A DNA stretch of 64,000 nucleotides from Octopus sinensis (lineage: Eukaryota): contig NC_043005.1 in NCBI RefSeq assembly GCF_006345805.1, positions 57,598,001-57,662,000 on the forward strand, given 5' to 3'. The position numbers and the translations under genes are program-made. This document shows, piece after piece, positions 52,350 to 64,000 of the stretch. Within the stretch, counting starts at the first letter, position 1; every line of letters begins with the position of its first letter. Under the pieces are notes generated by a model. That model worked only from the letters and a program-made list of their open reading frames with translations, had not been told where the DNA came from and searched no databases.

Positions 52350-53302
52350 TATATATTTGGTGTTCACTTGCTTTAGCATTATTTTATATTAATTGTATTT
52401 CGGTCAGAGTTCTTTTGTCACACTTCTGTGACCTCATCAGTGGTCCTTTACTTTCTTCTTTCTTTATTGTGTCCTTCCTCATCAACGATCAGCCATTTTG
52501 TATTCCTGTTGTATGTGTCTTTCTTTGTGCAGGCGCACATCCCTGCGTGTGTCTTTATTTGCTCATGCGTATAACCCTATCTGTGTCTATGTTTAGTAAG
52601 TGTGTGTGTGGGGGAATATATATGGTACCTGCATTATCAGTATCCTCTGTTTATTCACGTTCGTTTAATTTACTTTTATGTATTTTATTCATTTGCATTA
52701 TCTACTTACCTTTCTTTCTTTTTTTGTATTAATTTAATTTAATTTTGCTTATGTATGTAATTATTTAATTCCATTTATTTATCTGTGTATTGTACTAGTT
52801 TCATATTATTATTAGTTTACGGGGATCTTATTCTGTCATAGGTTGAGGTGCGTCGGGTGTGTGTGCTAGTGTTCCATTCTAGTTTTCTATTTAGGCTAGG
52901 ATTATCTTCTATTAAGTGTGTAGCTTCCGTAATTTGTCTAAGCGTTGTGTCTGTTCTATATGTGGACAAGATTTTTAACTTCTATGTTGTTGACTGAGCC
53001 CCGTGTTCCCGCTCGGCTTGCTGGTATAGAACTAAGTTCCCTCTAATGCCCATTTACCCGCTCTCCGCGCTGTCTCCCCCCATTTACTAAACATAGACAT
53101 ACACACAGGAATATACGCATGAGCAAATAAAGACACATACAACAGGAATACAAAATGGCAGATCGTTAGTAAAGAAAAAGAGATAGTAAAGAAATAAGAA
53201 AGTAAAGGAGCACTGATGAGGTCACAGAATTGTGACGAAAGAACTCTGGTCGAAATACAATTAATATAAAATAAAGCTTAAGCAAGTGAACACCAAATAT
53301 AT
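52350..53302 (-). mobile_element. Penelope-like element 3' end with inverted pseudo-LTRs
   Basis: Arms ~52350-52600 and ~53082-53302; HHR in each arm (52402-52445 minus, 53208-53251 plus; consensus gacca CTGATGA g gtcac..gtgac GAAA gaac TC tggtc). Confidence 0.85.
52868..52995 (-). pseudogene. GIY-YIG endonuclease C-terminal remnant (PLE)
   Basis: ILSTYRTDTTLRQITEATHLIEDNPSLNRKLEW fits the R..xEA..I....P.LN motif. Confidence 0.7.
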
Positions 53303-53391
53303 AGTGCGTGTGCTTTCATTGGCTAAACTGGCAACATGACCGTCCCAAATACATCAATATATGTTTCAACATCAAGAATCTTATAAAACGA

Positions 53392-53459
<68 letters not shown>

Positions 53460-53552
53460 GATATTATTTGTGGAATAAGCTGTATTAATACAAAAAGGCA
53501 ATTTAACTTAACGTGGTTGCTTTGTTAGAACGCCGAGTACTGCGTTATTTAC

Positions 53553-53679
53553 CTTTAAAAGACCTCTCATATAGACGCATGGTGCATGAAAACACTTTTG
53601 ATAAAGAATTTTCTGGGGTTTGCCAAGCAAATTTTTTTTTCTTCGTTCTTCTCCTTTGCTTCGAAAACCCCTGAAAATT
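53553..53679 (-). CDS. Candidate internal exon (127 nt, phase 2 to 0)
   Basis: ctttttatacag acceptor, AAG|gtaaat donor; IFRGFRSKGEERRKKNLLGKPQKILYQKCFHAPCVYMRGLLK. Confidence 0.35.
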
Positions 53680-53853
53680 CTGTATAAAAAGGCCAAGAAA
53701 TCTAAATTTGAAGCATTTTTTGATAAATCCGATAATGGAAGAAAGCACTAAAAAATGTAAATAAGGGGTAAATAAAAAAAAAATGCTTATTATCATCCAA
53801 AATTCTGACTACCTTATTCTAAATATGCAATATCTGTACATCACTTTAAAAAA

Positions 53854-53965
<112 letters not shown>

Positions 53966-54290
53966 TGCACATATATCATATATATATATAAAAGGAGCAT
54001 TCCGTCGGTTACGACGACGACGGTCCCAGCTGATACGATCAACGGAATAGCGTGCAAGTGGTTAAGCATTACATAGACACGTGTACCCTTAACGCACTTC
54101 TCAGGGAGATTCACCGTGACAAAGCTGACCCTTTGAATTACAGGTAGAACTCATTTTTGCCAGCTGAGTGGACTGGAGCAACGTGAAATAAAATGTCTTA
54201 CTGAAGGACAACGCGTCGCCGGGAATTGAACTCACGACCTCATGGCCGTAAGCCGAATATCCCAAGCACTAAGTGGATATATACATACTT

Positions 54291-54346
<56 letters not shown>

Positions 54347-54347
<1 letters not shown>

Positions 54348-54790
54348 ATTTCAAAATAAGGTGATTAGAATCAAAATTAGCAAGAAGGATATCCAGAGGC
54401 AATGCAGTACGAACGTTTCACGTAACTCCATTTAATTGAATAATGCAACCATTACATCAATTTAAATGCAGAGCAATCCTAAATCATACTGCGTTACCTC
54501 TGGATATCCTTGTTGCGTATTTTGATTCTAATCACCTTATTTTGAAATTGTACGGATAATACCTATTTCTTTACTGCCCACAAGGGGCTACACACAGAGG
54601 GGACAAACAAGGACAGACAAACGGATTAAGTCGATTATATCGACACCAGTGCATAACTGGTACTTATTTAATCGACCCCGAAAGGATGAAAGGCAAAGTC
54701 GACCTCGGCGGAATTTGAACTCAGAATGCAGCGGCGGTGGCTCAAATTAAGTACCATATTCACCTGAATCTAAATTTTGCTGATCTTATA
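54347..54790. mobile_element. Fold-back element in (TA)n, interrupted by a family 2 SINE (54562-54735)
   Basis: 54347-54409 is the reverse complement of 54486-54549; uninterrupted relative at 56970-57140. Confidence 0.75.
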
Positions 54791-55126
54791 TATATATATA
54801 ATATATATATATATTATATATATATATAATATATATATTAGGGAATTATTTCCGAGTCCTCAGGGAAGAGAAGTTCAATTTAGTGGTACCAAAATGAATT
54901 ACTCACTGTCTTCATACATATATATATATAGATAGGTTTAAGAGACAGAATCACCCCCAAGCAACTCAATCATCATTGAACGACATTATCCACGATAGGT
55001 ACATATAAGACTAATTATTAAAATTAATACCTTCAATTCTTATTCCAAATTCTATACTTTACATTATATATACTACGCGCGTTTCATGACAACTAGTCCT
55101 ATATGTACCTAGATAAACAGCCACAA

Positions 55127-55190
<64 letters not shown>

Positions 55191-55297
55191 CGGGGCGCAG
55201 GCACATAACCACGCATACACACACATACCTCCTTCTCTTGCACTCTCCTGTCTTTGAAAAAATTTTTATTCACCTATTCCCTTCCAGTCATTCCAAT

Positions 55298-55469
55298 ATG
55301 TGACTCCGTGTGTATCATTGGCGATTTTCTTTCTCCGTCTTCCCTTCCTTGGAACTTTCCCGTTTCCATGTTTCTGACGAAGAGCTCCGCTCGAAACGTT
55401 AAATCCTCCTACTTTCTTTCCTTTCCTGAGCGTCCAATAACACTATACTTGTTCCACGTCCTCGCGTTG

Positions 55470-55471
<2 letters not shown>
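55298..55471 (+). mobile_element. PLE 3'-end fragment with minimal hammerhead (55370-55404)
   Basis: gttt CTGACGA a gagc tcc gctc GAAA cg TT aaat; second copy reversed at 63371-63580. Confidence 0.8.
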
Positions 55472-55512
<41 letters not shown>

Positions 55513-55515
<3 letters not shown>

Positions 55516-55820
55516 AGTAAGGGCTAAAGAAAATTATTTCAAAGCCAATATGCTGATAACAGACTATCAAATCGTCAATTTCCACATATAATCTACTCGC
55601 CCGACTTCAGTTCTTCGATTTTTTTTTGCTGTAGCGCTAGATTATATGTGAAATTGACGATTTAATAGTCTGTTATCAGCATATTGGCTTTGAAATAATT
55701 TTCTTTAGCCCTTACTTATAAGTTGTTTATAATTTTAACCGTAAAGGTATTTTAATATGCTGCCACATTTCTTGATGGAATTTTTTTCTGTAGACAAAAA
55801 AAGCTTCATCCTATATTATA
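55513..55820. repeat. Near-perfect inverted repeat element related to 4672-5307
   Basis: 55513-55595 is the reverse complement of 55638-55719; 3' part resembles the reverse of 4683-4790. Confidence 0.8.
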
Positions 55821-55825
55821 GTATA

Positions 55826-55867
<42 letters not shown>

Positions 55868-55915
55868 ATAGATAGATAGCTACATCATACATACATAACA
55901 TATACATATATGTAT

Positions 55916-55947
<32 letters not shown>

Positions 55948-55949
55948 AT

Positions 55950-56016
<67 letters not shown>

Positions 56017-56703
56017 GTATATATATATGTGTGCACGTATGTATATATGTATATAATACGTACATATGCATATACATACTGGCACTCGATCGTTTACGAC
56101 AAGTGTTCCAGTTGATTCGATCAACGGAACAGCCTGCTCGTGGAATTAACATGCAAGTGACTGAGCACTCCACAGAGCCGAGGACCCTTAACGTAGTTCT
56201 CAGGGAAATTCAGCGTACTCATTTTTGCCAGCTAAGTGGACTACAGCAACGTGAAAATGAAGTGTTACTCAACGACGCAACGCGCCGCAGAGAATCGAAC
56301 TCACGACCTCACAATCGTGAGCCGAATATCCTAACCACTCAGCTACGAACCTTCACATACATATACATAGATACGTAAATACGCACGTACCTAAGATACA
56401 CTTCATATCTATTACTACTGAAGCAACGGGGGATACATATCAATACAGTTGGGGGAAAAACTATGGATGTACTTGGCTTCTTGGGGAGAAAACGCAAGTC
56501 CTTAATTCATACACTAGGAATGATCACAACAGCTGGGTGCATGAAAATTTGCAACTCTTTCTTAAGATTTAAAGGAATATAAGCAAAACAAAATGCTTTC
56601 CTTTACAAGCTTGCTACAAAGCAGATGGCCAGTCAAAATTTACTCTAAATTAGATAATGACATGCATGCATACATACATACATACATACATACATACGTG
56701 TGA

Positions 56704-56735
<32 letters not shown>

Positions 56736-57162
56736 TGATAATGCTGATAAAACTGAAATACAATCCAATTCCATAACTGATGTTATTCCGTGTAAAAGAT
56801 TTAATGAAGAGCTCCTCGGATTATAAAGTTCTAAAAACTATTTAATACATATCCAGAGTATTACTACACAAACGCATGCGCACGCCACACACAAACACCC
56901 TCCCCATACACACCCACTCATACACATCAACAAACGTATGTGTGTACGGATAATATATATATATATATAACATAAAAATAAGCAACAAGGATATCCAAAA
57001 GCATTACCTTTGGATATCCTTGTTGCTTATTTTGATTATAATCACCCCATTTTGAATTATATGGATAATACCATACCAAATTCTGGTGCCTTTAACTTAA
57101 GTACCATATGTAACTGAATCTAAATTTTTACTGAACTTATATATATATATATATATATATAT

Positions 57163-57724
57163 GGTTGTCCGGAAAGTTCGTGTCGATTTTTAAAGGAAAG
57201 AAAAAGGTCAATTGATACTTGCCATTACATTTTTAATCAACCAATTATGAACCATTTTGTTGTACAATGCGTCTCCATCTTTCCTTTAACTTGAAAATAC
57301 CCTCTTCCCAGAATCCAGATGGTTTCATGGCAAAGAATTCATCAACGTATCTTTTTACTTCATCCAAGGAATTGACATTTTTACCCTTAAGACTATTCTG
57401 CAGAGACCTGAATAAGTGGAAATCCGAAGGGGCAATATCTAGTGAATATGGAAGGTTTGGTAACACATCCCAGCCGAGCTGCAGCAATTTTTGTCTGGTT
57501 CCCAAAGCATCAAGTGCCGAAAACGAACTTTCTTATCTTCCATTTTAAAGGGTTACAGAATTAACACAGGTTCTAGGAACATAAAGCTTCTTCCACGAAA
57601 AGATAGCTTAAACTGTGCTCTAAATGAAGGTGTAGTCAAATCCTATTTTATGGACTCAACCATGTTCTAAAATAAGTCGAAAGGTAAGCTACTATATGTC
57701 GGCACGAACTTTCCGGACAACCCA

Positions 57725-57725
<1 letters not shown>
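57163..57725 (-). mobile_element. Internally deleted mariner with TIRs
   Basis: TIR ggttgtccggaaagttcgtg / cacgaactttccggacaacc; N-terminus MEDKKVRFRHLML joined to C-terminus WDVLPNLPYSLDIAPSDFHLFRSLQ. Confidence 0.92.
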
Positions 57726-57756
<31 letters not shown>

Positions 57757-58199
57757 CTGTTTTTGCAACTCAACTACCCCAGCTAACAAGCCTTCCATGT
57801 TTTACGATTTTCGTAAGTTTGCACAAAAAGATTTTTGTTTGTTTTTTTTTGTCGAGTTATCTAATTTTCTACGTTAATTTTTTTTTCTCTCTGCGTAAAT
57901 TTGTTTTTCCTCGTCGCCGCTGTTGTAAAGTGGGTTCTTTCCAATGGTGTGATGTGTGACTGCCGTTGTATTGTAGTTGCTGTTTTACGATAGTAGCCAC
58001 AATAGTTGTTAGTCATTGGATACCGTTGTATCTTTTTGTACTGGAATAATAATATACCAACTCCTGTCTTAGAATCGCTGATAGTTCCACAAGACACCGA
58101 CTAGAACTGTCAAATCTCTATCCTCTCTTGATGACCGGCTACTGGTCTGTTTATAACGGCTAGCTTCTACCACTTTTTACCGGTAGGAGTATACAGTTT

Positions 58200-58450
58200 C
58201 ACTATACGACAGTGAATATGGAGTGGATTTCTTCTACAGACCAGTCAAGTATCTCAAGTGTTGGAATCAGTACAGTTACTGCAAATGCATTGTGGGATAT
58301 TGACTTGTTGTAAGAGGAGAGATCAGACTGCTATATTGTTCTTAGTCTGGTATAATATTCTTGGACCACTCTATCTTTATTCACAGTATCTTGGTTTGAT
58401 ATATTTTCATCAATGCCAAAGTACTTGTGGCATTCTTTGTGTGGAACGGG
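58200..58450 (-). pseudogene. R4/Dong-type RT fragment
   Basis: EYYTRLRTI*QSDLSSYNKSISHNAFAVTVL..LDWSVEEI. Confidence 0.65.
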
Positions 58451-59029
58451 AGAGATAATGAGGACATTGATGCCCAGCTTTTGTGTCTGGGGACTGATTT
58501 TCTTTGTTTAACAATTAAATAAAATAACATGTGTATATATGTATATGTGTGTATGTATGTATGTTGTATGTATGTATGTATGTATGTATGTATGTATGTA
58601 TGTATGTGTGTATGTTTGTATGCATGTATGTATGTATACATGCATGTATGTGTGTATCCGGTTTATTACCAAAACATCCTAGACAGTTAAATTATCTAGC
58701 TCGCTATTAAACAAGATTTTTAATGCAACCATGTTTATATAATATGATTCTTCAAGATTGTTCAAGATAAATGTCTGGAAAAGGAAACCTGATCTCCACA
58801 CTCCGCCATGCTACACCATTCCACACCTAACCACACACAAACTGCTTCACTAATCCCTACTTTAAACTAGCAATTCCGCAAAACCCAATCTTATATTATA
58901 TTTCAATATATCTGCACTTACTTTTGCTTTATTCCCGCTTTATCTCCAGTCGGCTTAATAATTATTTTATTTAATGGTACTTCCTGAATCATATAGGTTT
59001 ATTGCACAAAAGTAGAGAACAGAACTTAC

Positions 59030-59173
59030 CCAGGTTTCTCACGCCACAGAACTTTGGCACCAAATAATAGCAACGAAGTTGCAACGATTCCTTGCTTCAC
59101 CAGAACAAAGTGCCAGCATTGCACATTTTTGTAATTGACTTTATAAACATGCCGACTCTGCTGGTATTGTTTA

Positions 59174-59174
<1 letters not shown>
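59030..59174 (-). CDS. Candidate internal exon (145 nt, phase 1 to 2)
   Basis: G|gtaagt donor, weak acceptor; KQYQQSRHVYKVNYKNVQCWHFVLVKQGIVATSLLLFGAKVLWREKP. Confidence 0.3.
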
Positions 59175-59217
<43 letters not shown>

Positions 59218-59480
59218 AGATATATATATATATAATATATATATATATATATTGTGTTGTGTGTGTGTGTGTGTGGTGTGTGTGTGTGTGTGTATGTATA
59301 TGTATAGTGTATGTATATGTATGTATGCATATATGCTGAATGCATGCAGATATGTGGTGTATGGTGTGGTGTGATGTGCGTGGTTGGTGTTTATGTTGGC
59401 GTGTGATTTGGGTGGGGGGATCAGGATTCCGTTATTCTATGATAGCCCTTTGCGAGTGAATTTGGTTGACGGAAACTGTG

Positions 59481-59714
59481 GGGCGACGAGCTGGAGGAAA
59501 CGTTAGTACTCCGGGCGAAATGCTTAGCGGTATTTCGTCTGCCGTTACGTTCTGAGTTCAAATTCCGCCGAGATCGACTTTGCCTTACATCCTTTCGGGG
59601 TCGATAAATTAAGTACCAGTTACGCACTGGGGTCGATGTAATCGAGTTAATCCGTTTGTCTGTCCTTGTTTGTCCCCTCTGTGTGTAGCCCCTTGTGGGT
59701 AGTGAAGAAATAGG
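59481..59714 (+). mobile_element. Full-length family 2 SINE
   Basis: Complete head and tail ending gaagaaatagg; ggaaact(g/t)tgg flanks at 59471-59481 and 59713-59723. Confidence 0.9.
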
Positions 59715-59741
59715 AAACTTTGGAAACCCGTTATATATATA

Positions 59742-60630
59742 TATGAGGAGGTACCCAAAGGAAACCGGAATTTTGCAATGTTATTTTATTCACTTAGTCT
59801 GTCTAACATATTTACACTTTTATCACCTTCAAAGTATTCTCCATTTAAAGCAATGCATCGGTCTAGGCGCGATTTCCACTATTCGAAGCAGTGCTGGAAC
59901 TCTTTACGAAGTTATGCCTTTTAACGCCTATGTCATTTTTCTTCTTCATCTCTTTCACATCTGCAAATTCTGTAGCACCAGCTTTCATCCTCGGTGATGA
60001 CCTTCGAAAAAAAAGTCCGGATCAACTTCCAGCTGTTCTTTCAGTTCACAACATGCATTCAGTCGTGACTGCTTTTGATTTTCCGTGATTAAGCGAGGAA
60101 CAAATTTTGCTGCAACTATTTTTATTTGCAGTTCCTCGTTCAAAATTCGTTGACTGGAGCTCCAAAATACACCAGACATATCAACAAGTTCGTCAAATAT
60201 TCGGCGACAGGCCCCAAGATCAGTTCATGAATTTTAATGATGTTTTCCTTCGTAAGGGAGGTCGACGGTCTCCCTGAATGCGGTTTGTCTTCTAGTGACA
60301 AATGACCTTTCTTAAAGCACGAATATCATTATTAAACTTGTGTTTTGCTCATAGCTGTTTGAAGCATGACAACTGTTTCGGCCGCCGTTTTCCCCAGCAG
60401 AAAACAGAATTTCACGGAAGCGCGCTGTCCCTTTGTTTCAGCCATCGCAAAAATCGACGAACAGGAGAAAAGCACTGCAAGACAAAGACGCATCACGTGG
60501 TTGTACTACCACAGCGAATGACGCCGGTCGACAGACTGATGCCTGAGGCTAGAATCAAGTAACTATTTGCGTCGGAAAGCCCGAACTACAACGGGCTTGT
60601 CCCACAGTGAACTTTTGAGTACCCTCTCGT
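59742..60630 (-). mobile_element. Decayed mariner transposon
   Basis: QRILNEELQIKIVAAKFVPRLITENQK..DPDFF; TIR-like gaggaggtacccaaagg / cttttgagtaccctctc. Confidence 0.85.
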
Positions 60631-60926
60631 GTGTGTGTGTGTGTGTGTGTTTGCGTGTGTGCGTGTGTGCGTGTGCGTGTGTGTGTATTTGTATTTATCG
60701 CCTCACACCACTTCACGATCAGCGTTGGTTTGTTTACGCATTCATATACACTTAGTGGTTCAGTAAAAGACATCGATAGAGTAAGTACCAGATTTTAATA
60801 CATGAACGTAGGGTAGGGGGTCGATTTGTCCGACTAACCACTTCAAGGCAGTACCCGAGCATAGTAGCAGCCCATTGACTCAAACAGATGAAAGACAAAA
60901 GATAACACGCACACACACAGACACAG

Positions 60927-61031
<105 letters not shown>

Positions 61032-61309
61032 CATGGATAATTTCTTTACCAACGGCATGAAACATGAGCTATCAACTCCACCCATCTAACAAGTTTCCGT
61101 TAGAATGCTGTCCGAAGGCAGAGAACAAGCAACTTTCGGTAAATAAGGAATTAAATATTTAATCTTGTGCAGTAAATTCTGCAGCATTTCGTTCACTGCA
61201 ATTCTATTTGTTAAATTACTGTGCAAACACATGCAAACCGCACTACTTTACACACACAGACACACATGAGTGCGCGCGCACAAATTTTTGCATATGTAAT
61301 ACTTTCTAC

Positions 61310-61690
61310 TTTATTCTTTAGGCACAAGGTCTGATATTTTGTGACGGAGGGGGGGGTAGTCGTTTACATCAACTTCAGTGTTTGACTGGTGGTTGATTTA
61401 TCGATCCCGAGAGGATGAAAGGCAAAGTCAACCACGTGGGAATTTTGGACGAAATTCCTATTACTTTACTACCCACAAGGGGCTAAACACAGAGGAGACA
61501 AACAAGAACAGACAAACGGATTAAGTCGATTATATCTACCCCAGTGCGTAACTGGTACTTAATTTATCGACCCCTAAAGGATGAAAGGCAAAGTCGACCT
61601 CGGCGGAATTTGAACTCAGAACGAAACGGCAGACGAAATACGGCTAAGCATTTTGCTCGGCGTGCTAGCGAATCTGTCAGCTCACCGCTT
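61310..61690 (-). mobile_element. Dimeric family 2 SINE
   Basis: Junction gacgaaattcc|tattactttactaccc at ~61458. Confidence 0.85.
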
Positions 61691-61722
61691 TATTTTCATA
61701 TACTACACACTACATACACATA

Positions 61723-61942
61723 TTTAGGGGGTACTGAAAAGTCGCTGGCTTTGTGTAAAAGAAAATACAGGAGGATCAGTTAATTATGATTTTATTCAAC
61801 ATATTCCCCTCTTGGATTCACACACATGTTGCAATGGTCCTTCAGGTTTTCTAAGCCCTGTAGAAGAACTCGGAAGGTTGGGCCTCCAACCAAGCCTAAC
61901 GCGATACTCTTAAAGCCAAGAACATTTCAGCACACCCTCGTA
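61723..61942. mobile_element. Mariner-derived MITE
   Basis: TIRs agggggtactgaaaagtcgctggcttt / aaagccaagaacatttcagcacaccct. Confidence 0.75.
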
Positions 61943-62186
61943 TATGATGGAACAGGGAACTGACAGTGTAGCAAGCGTATATGCTCGAAATGCATAAAAT
62001 GTGTGTATGTATGTGTGTATCCATTGACACACAGGCATAAATCGAAATGTATGTAGACGGAATGCATGTAAATGGAAACGGAAATAAAATACGATACATG
62101 GTATATGTCAGTGCTTTATGCGAATGCATACACGCACACAGATGTACTCAGTAAATTCATGCAGATATATATATATATAAATAACT

Positions 62187-63280
62187 ATAAGAGAGTGGTC
62201 ACTATATGGCTCACTCTAGCACCAGTTAATCCAATAGGTTTCAACCACAAAAATACATGTTTCCCTTGAAAGTCAGTACGATTGTTAGCTCACACGGACA
62301 GGGCAAATAAAAAATAACAAAAATACAGATTATTTTGGGACAATTGTTTCGCTATTAATGAATTAAATGTAATTTTACTTACAAAAAAATCCACTTGTAG
62401 CTCCTCAGCCAAAACTATCTGGATGAAATCCACTCAATCACACGCCAGATTTTATCATAACGATAAATACGCGTGTGGTTCAATTGATTACATCCGACGT
62501 TATAACGTGTGAGCTAACAATCGTACTGACTTTCATGGGAAACATGTATTTTTGTGGTTGAAACCTTTTGGATTAACTGGTGCTAGAGTGAGCCATATAG
62601 TGACCACTCTCTTATATTTATTTTGTAAAAATATTATAATATATTATAAAATATTATAATAATCCAGGTTTCTCGGAGCACTAGGCCACTTGGTGTAGAA
62701 TAGATATACTATTAAATTAGTATCTAATTCTCTCACCCTTATTAATTAATTATAATTATGCTGCATTTATTTCTAAATGCTGTATTTGTTTTCCGTGAAA
62801 GTTTGGCGCGCTGTTAGTTGGGGCATTTGAATTATAACGTCGGATGTAATCAATTGAACCACACGCGTATTTATCGTTATGGTAAAATCTGGCGTGTGAT
62901 TGAGTGGATTTCATCCAGATAGTTTTGGCTGAGGAGTTACAAGTGGATTTTTTTGTAAGTAAAATTACATTTAATTCATTAATAGCGAAACAATTGTCCC
63001 AAAATAATCTGTATTTTTGTTATTTTTTATTTGCCCTGTCCGTGTGAGCTAACAATCGTACTGACTTTCATGGGAAACATGTATTTTTGTGGTTGAAACC
63101 TATTGGATTAACTGGTGCTAGAGTGAGCCATATAGTGACCACTCTCTTATATTTATTTTGTAAAAATATTATAATATATTATAAAATATTATAATAATCC
63201 AGGTTTCTCGGAGCACTAGGCCACTTGGTGTAGAATAGATATACTATTAAATTAGTATATAATTCTCTCACCCTTATTAA

Positions 63281-63289
<9 letters not shown>
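62187..63289 (+). mobile_element. Young non-coding PLE/retrozyme: inverted fragment plus ~1.5 x 535-bp unit
   Basis: 62187-62505 is the reverse complement of 62832-63150; direct repeat 62506-62754 vs 63041-63289; (TA)n flanks. Confidence 0.9.
62923..63004 (+). ncRNA. Type I hammerhead ribozyme (antisense copy at 62333-62414)
   Basis: ttttgg CTGAGGA g(t/c)ta..tagc GAAA caattg TC ccaaaa; palindromic stem III; GUC cleavage site. Confidence 0.85.
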
Positions 63290-63370
<81 letters not shown>

Positions 63371-63373
<3 letters not shown>

Positions 63374-63580
63374 TAAACCAAACAAGAAAACACAAAGAGA
63401 AAACACAACAACGCGAGGACGTGGAACAAATATAGTATTATTGGACGCTCAGGAAGGAAGGGAAGAAGGAGGGTTTAACGTTTCGAGCGGAGCTCTTCGT
63501 CAGGAACATAGGAAAAGGAAAGATCCAGAGAAGGGAAGACGGAGGAAAAAAATCGCTAACGGTACACACGCGGTCACATT
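63371..63580 (-). mobile_element. PLE 3'-end fragment with minimal hammerhead (63473-63507)
   Basis: gttc CTGACGA a gagc tcc gctc GAAA cg TT aaac. Confidence 0.8.
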
Positions 63581-63618
<38 letters not shown>

Positions 63619-63801
63619 TGTATGTAGTATGTACGTATGCATATATATATGTATGTTTGTATTTATGTATGGTTATTCAATCTGATCTTGGTAACCAAGT
63701 AACCAAGTACAATCCGTACGAGGCCGGGACGTCGGAGACTAAACCAGCAGCTCCACCATGCTTGCCTAGTTAGGAGGCTGGACTTTCCAGGATGAAAAAT
63801 A

Positions 63802-63839
<38 letters not shown>

Positions 63840-64000
63840 ACACACAAACATACACACATATAGTGCAGGCGTGGCTGTGTGGTAAGAAGCTTGCTTCCCA
63901 ACTACATGGTTCCGGGTTCAGTCCCACTATATTGCACCTTGGACAAGAATACGTATGAATTCCCTATAAAAGAACTTTCTGTTTTTCTCACCCATTCCCT

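Overview
AT-rich, repeat-saturated eukaryotic DNA. The SINE families and dense (TA)n/(CA)n/trinucleotide microsatellites resemble an octopus (coleoid cephalopod) genome; this is my recognition, not a database result. There is no intact protein-coding gene. The window holds decayed R4/Dong, CR1/L2, RTE, Tx1/L1, Gypsy, Tc1, mariner and Helitron/Helentron elements, many tRNA-derived SINEs, and a few phase-compatible candidate exons of a minus-strand host gene. Main signal: about 20 recognisable type I hammerhead ribozyme (HHR) motifs from about nine unrelated, mostly non-coding Penelope-like (PLE) families. Most sit in (TA)n, and several have an inverted-fragment plus tandem-repeat layout. They include an 8 x ~480 bp retrozyme-like array (34966-38853), a tRNA-headed HHR element (43920-44460), and a 32-bp minisatellite matching an HHR cleavage site (50417-50911). 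Second signal: an ORF1-only zinc-knuckle retroelement, a Tx1-like ORF2 remnant and the dominant SINE share a similar 3' tail. All folds, alignments and coordinates were worked out by eye and need computational confirmation.
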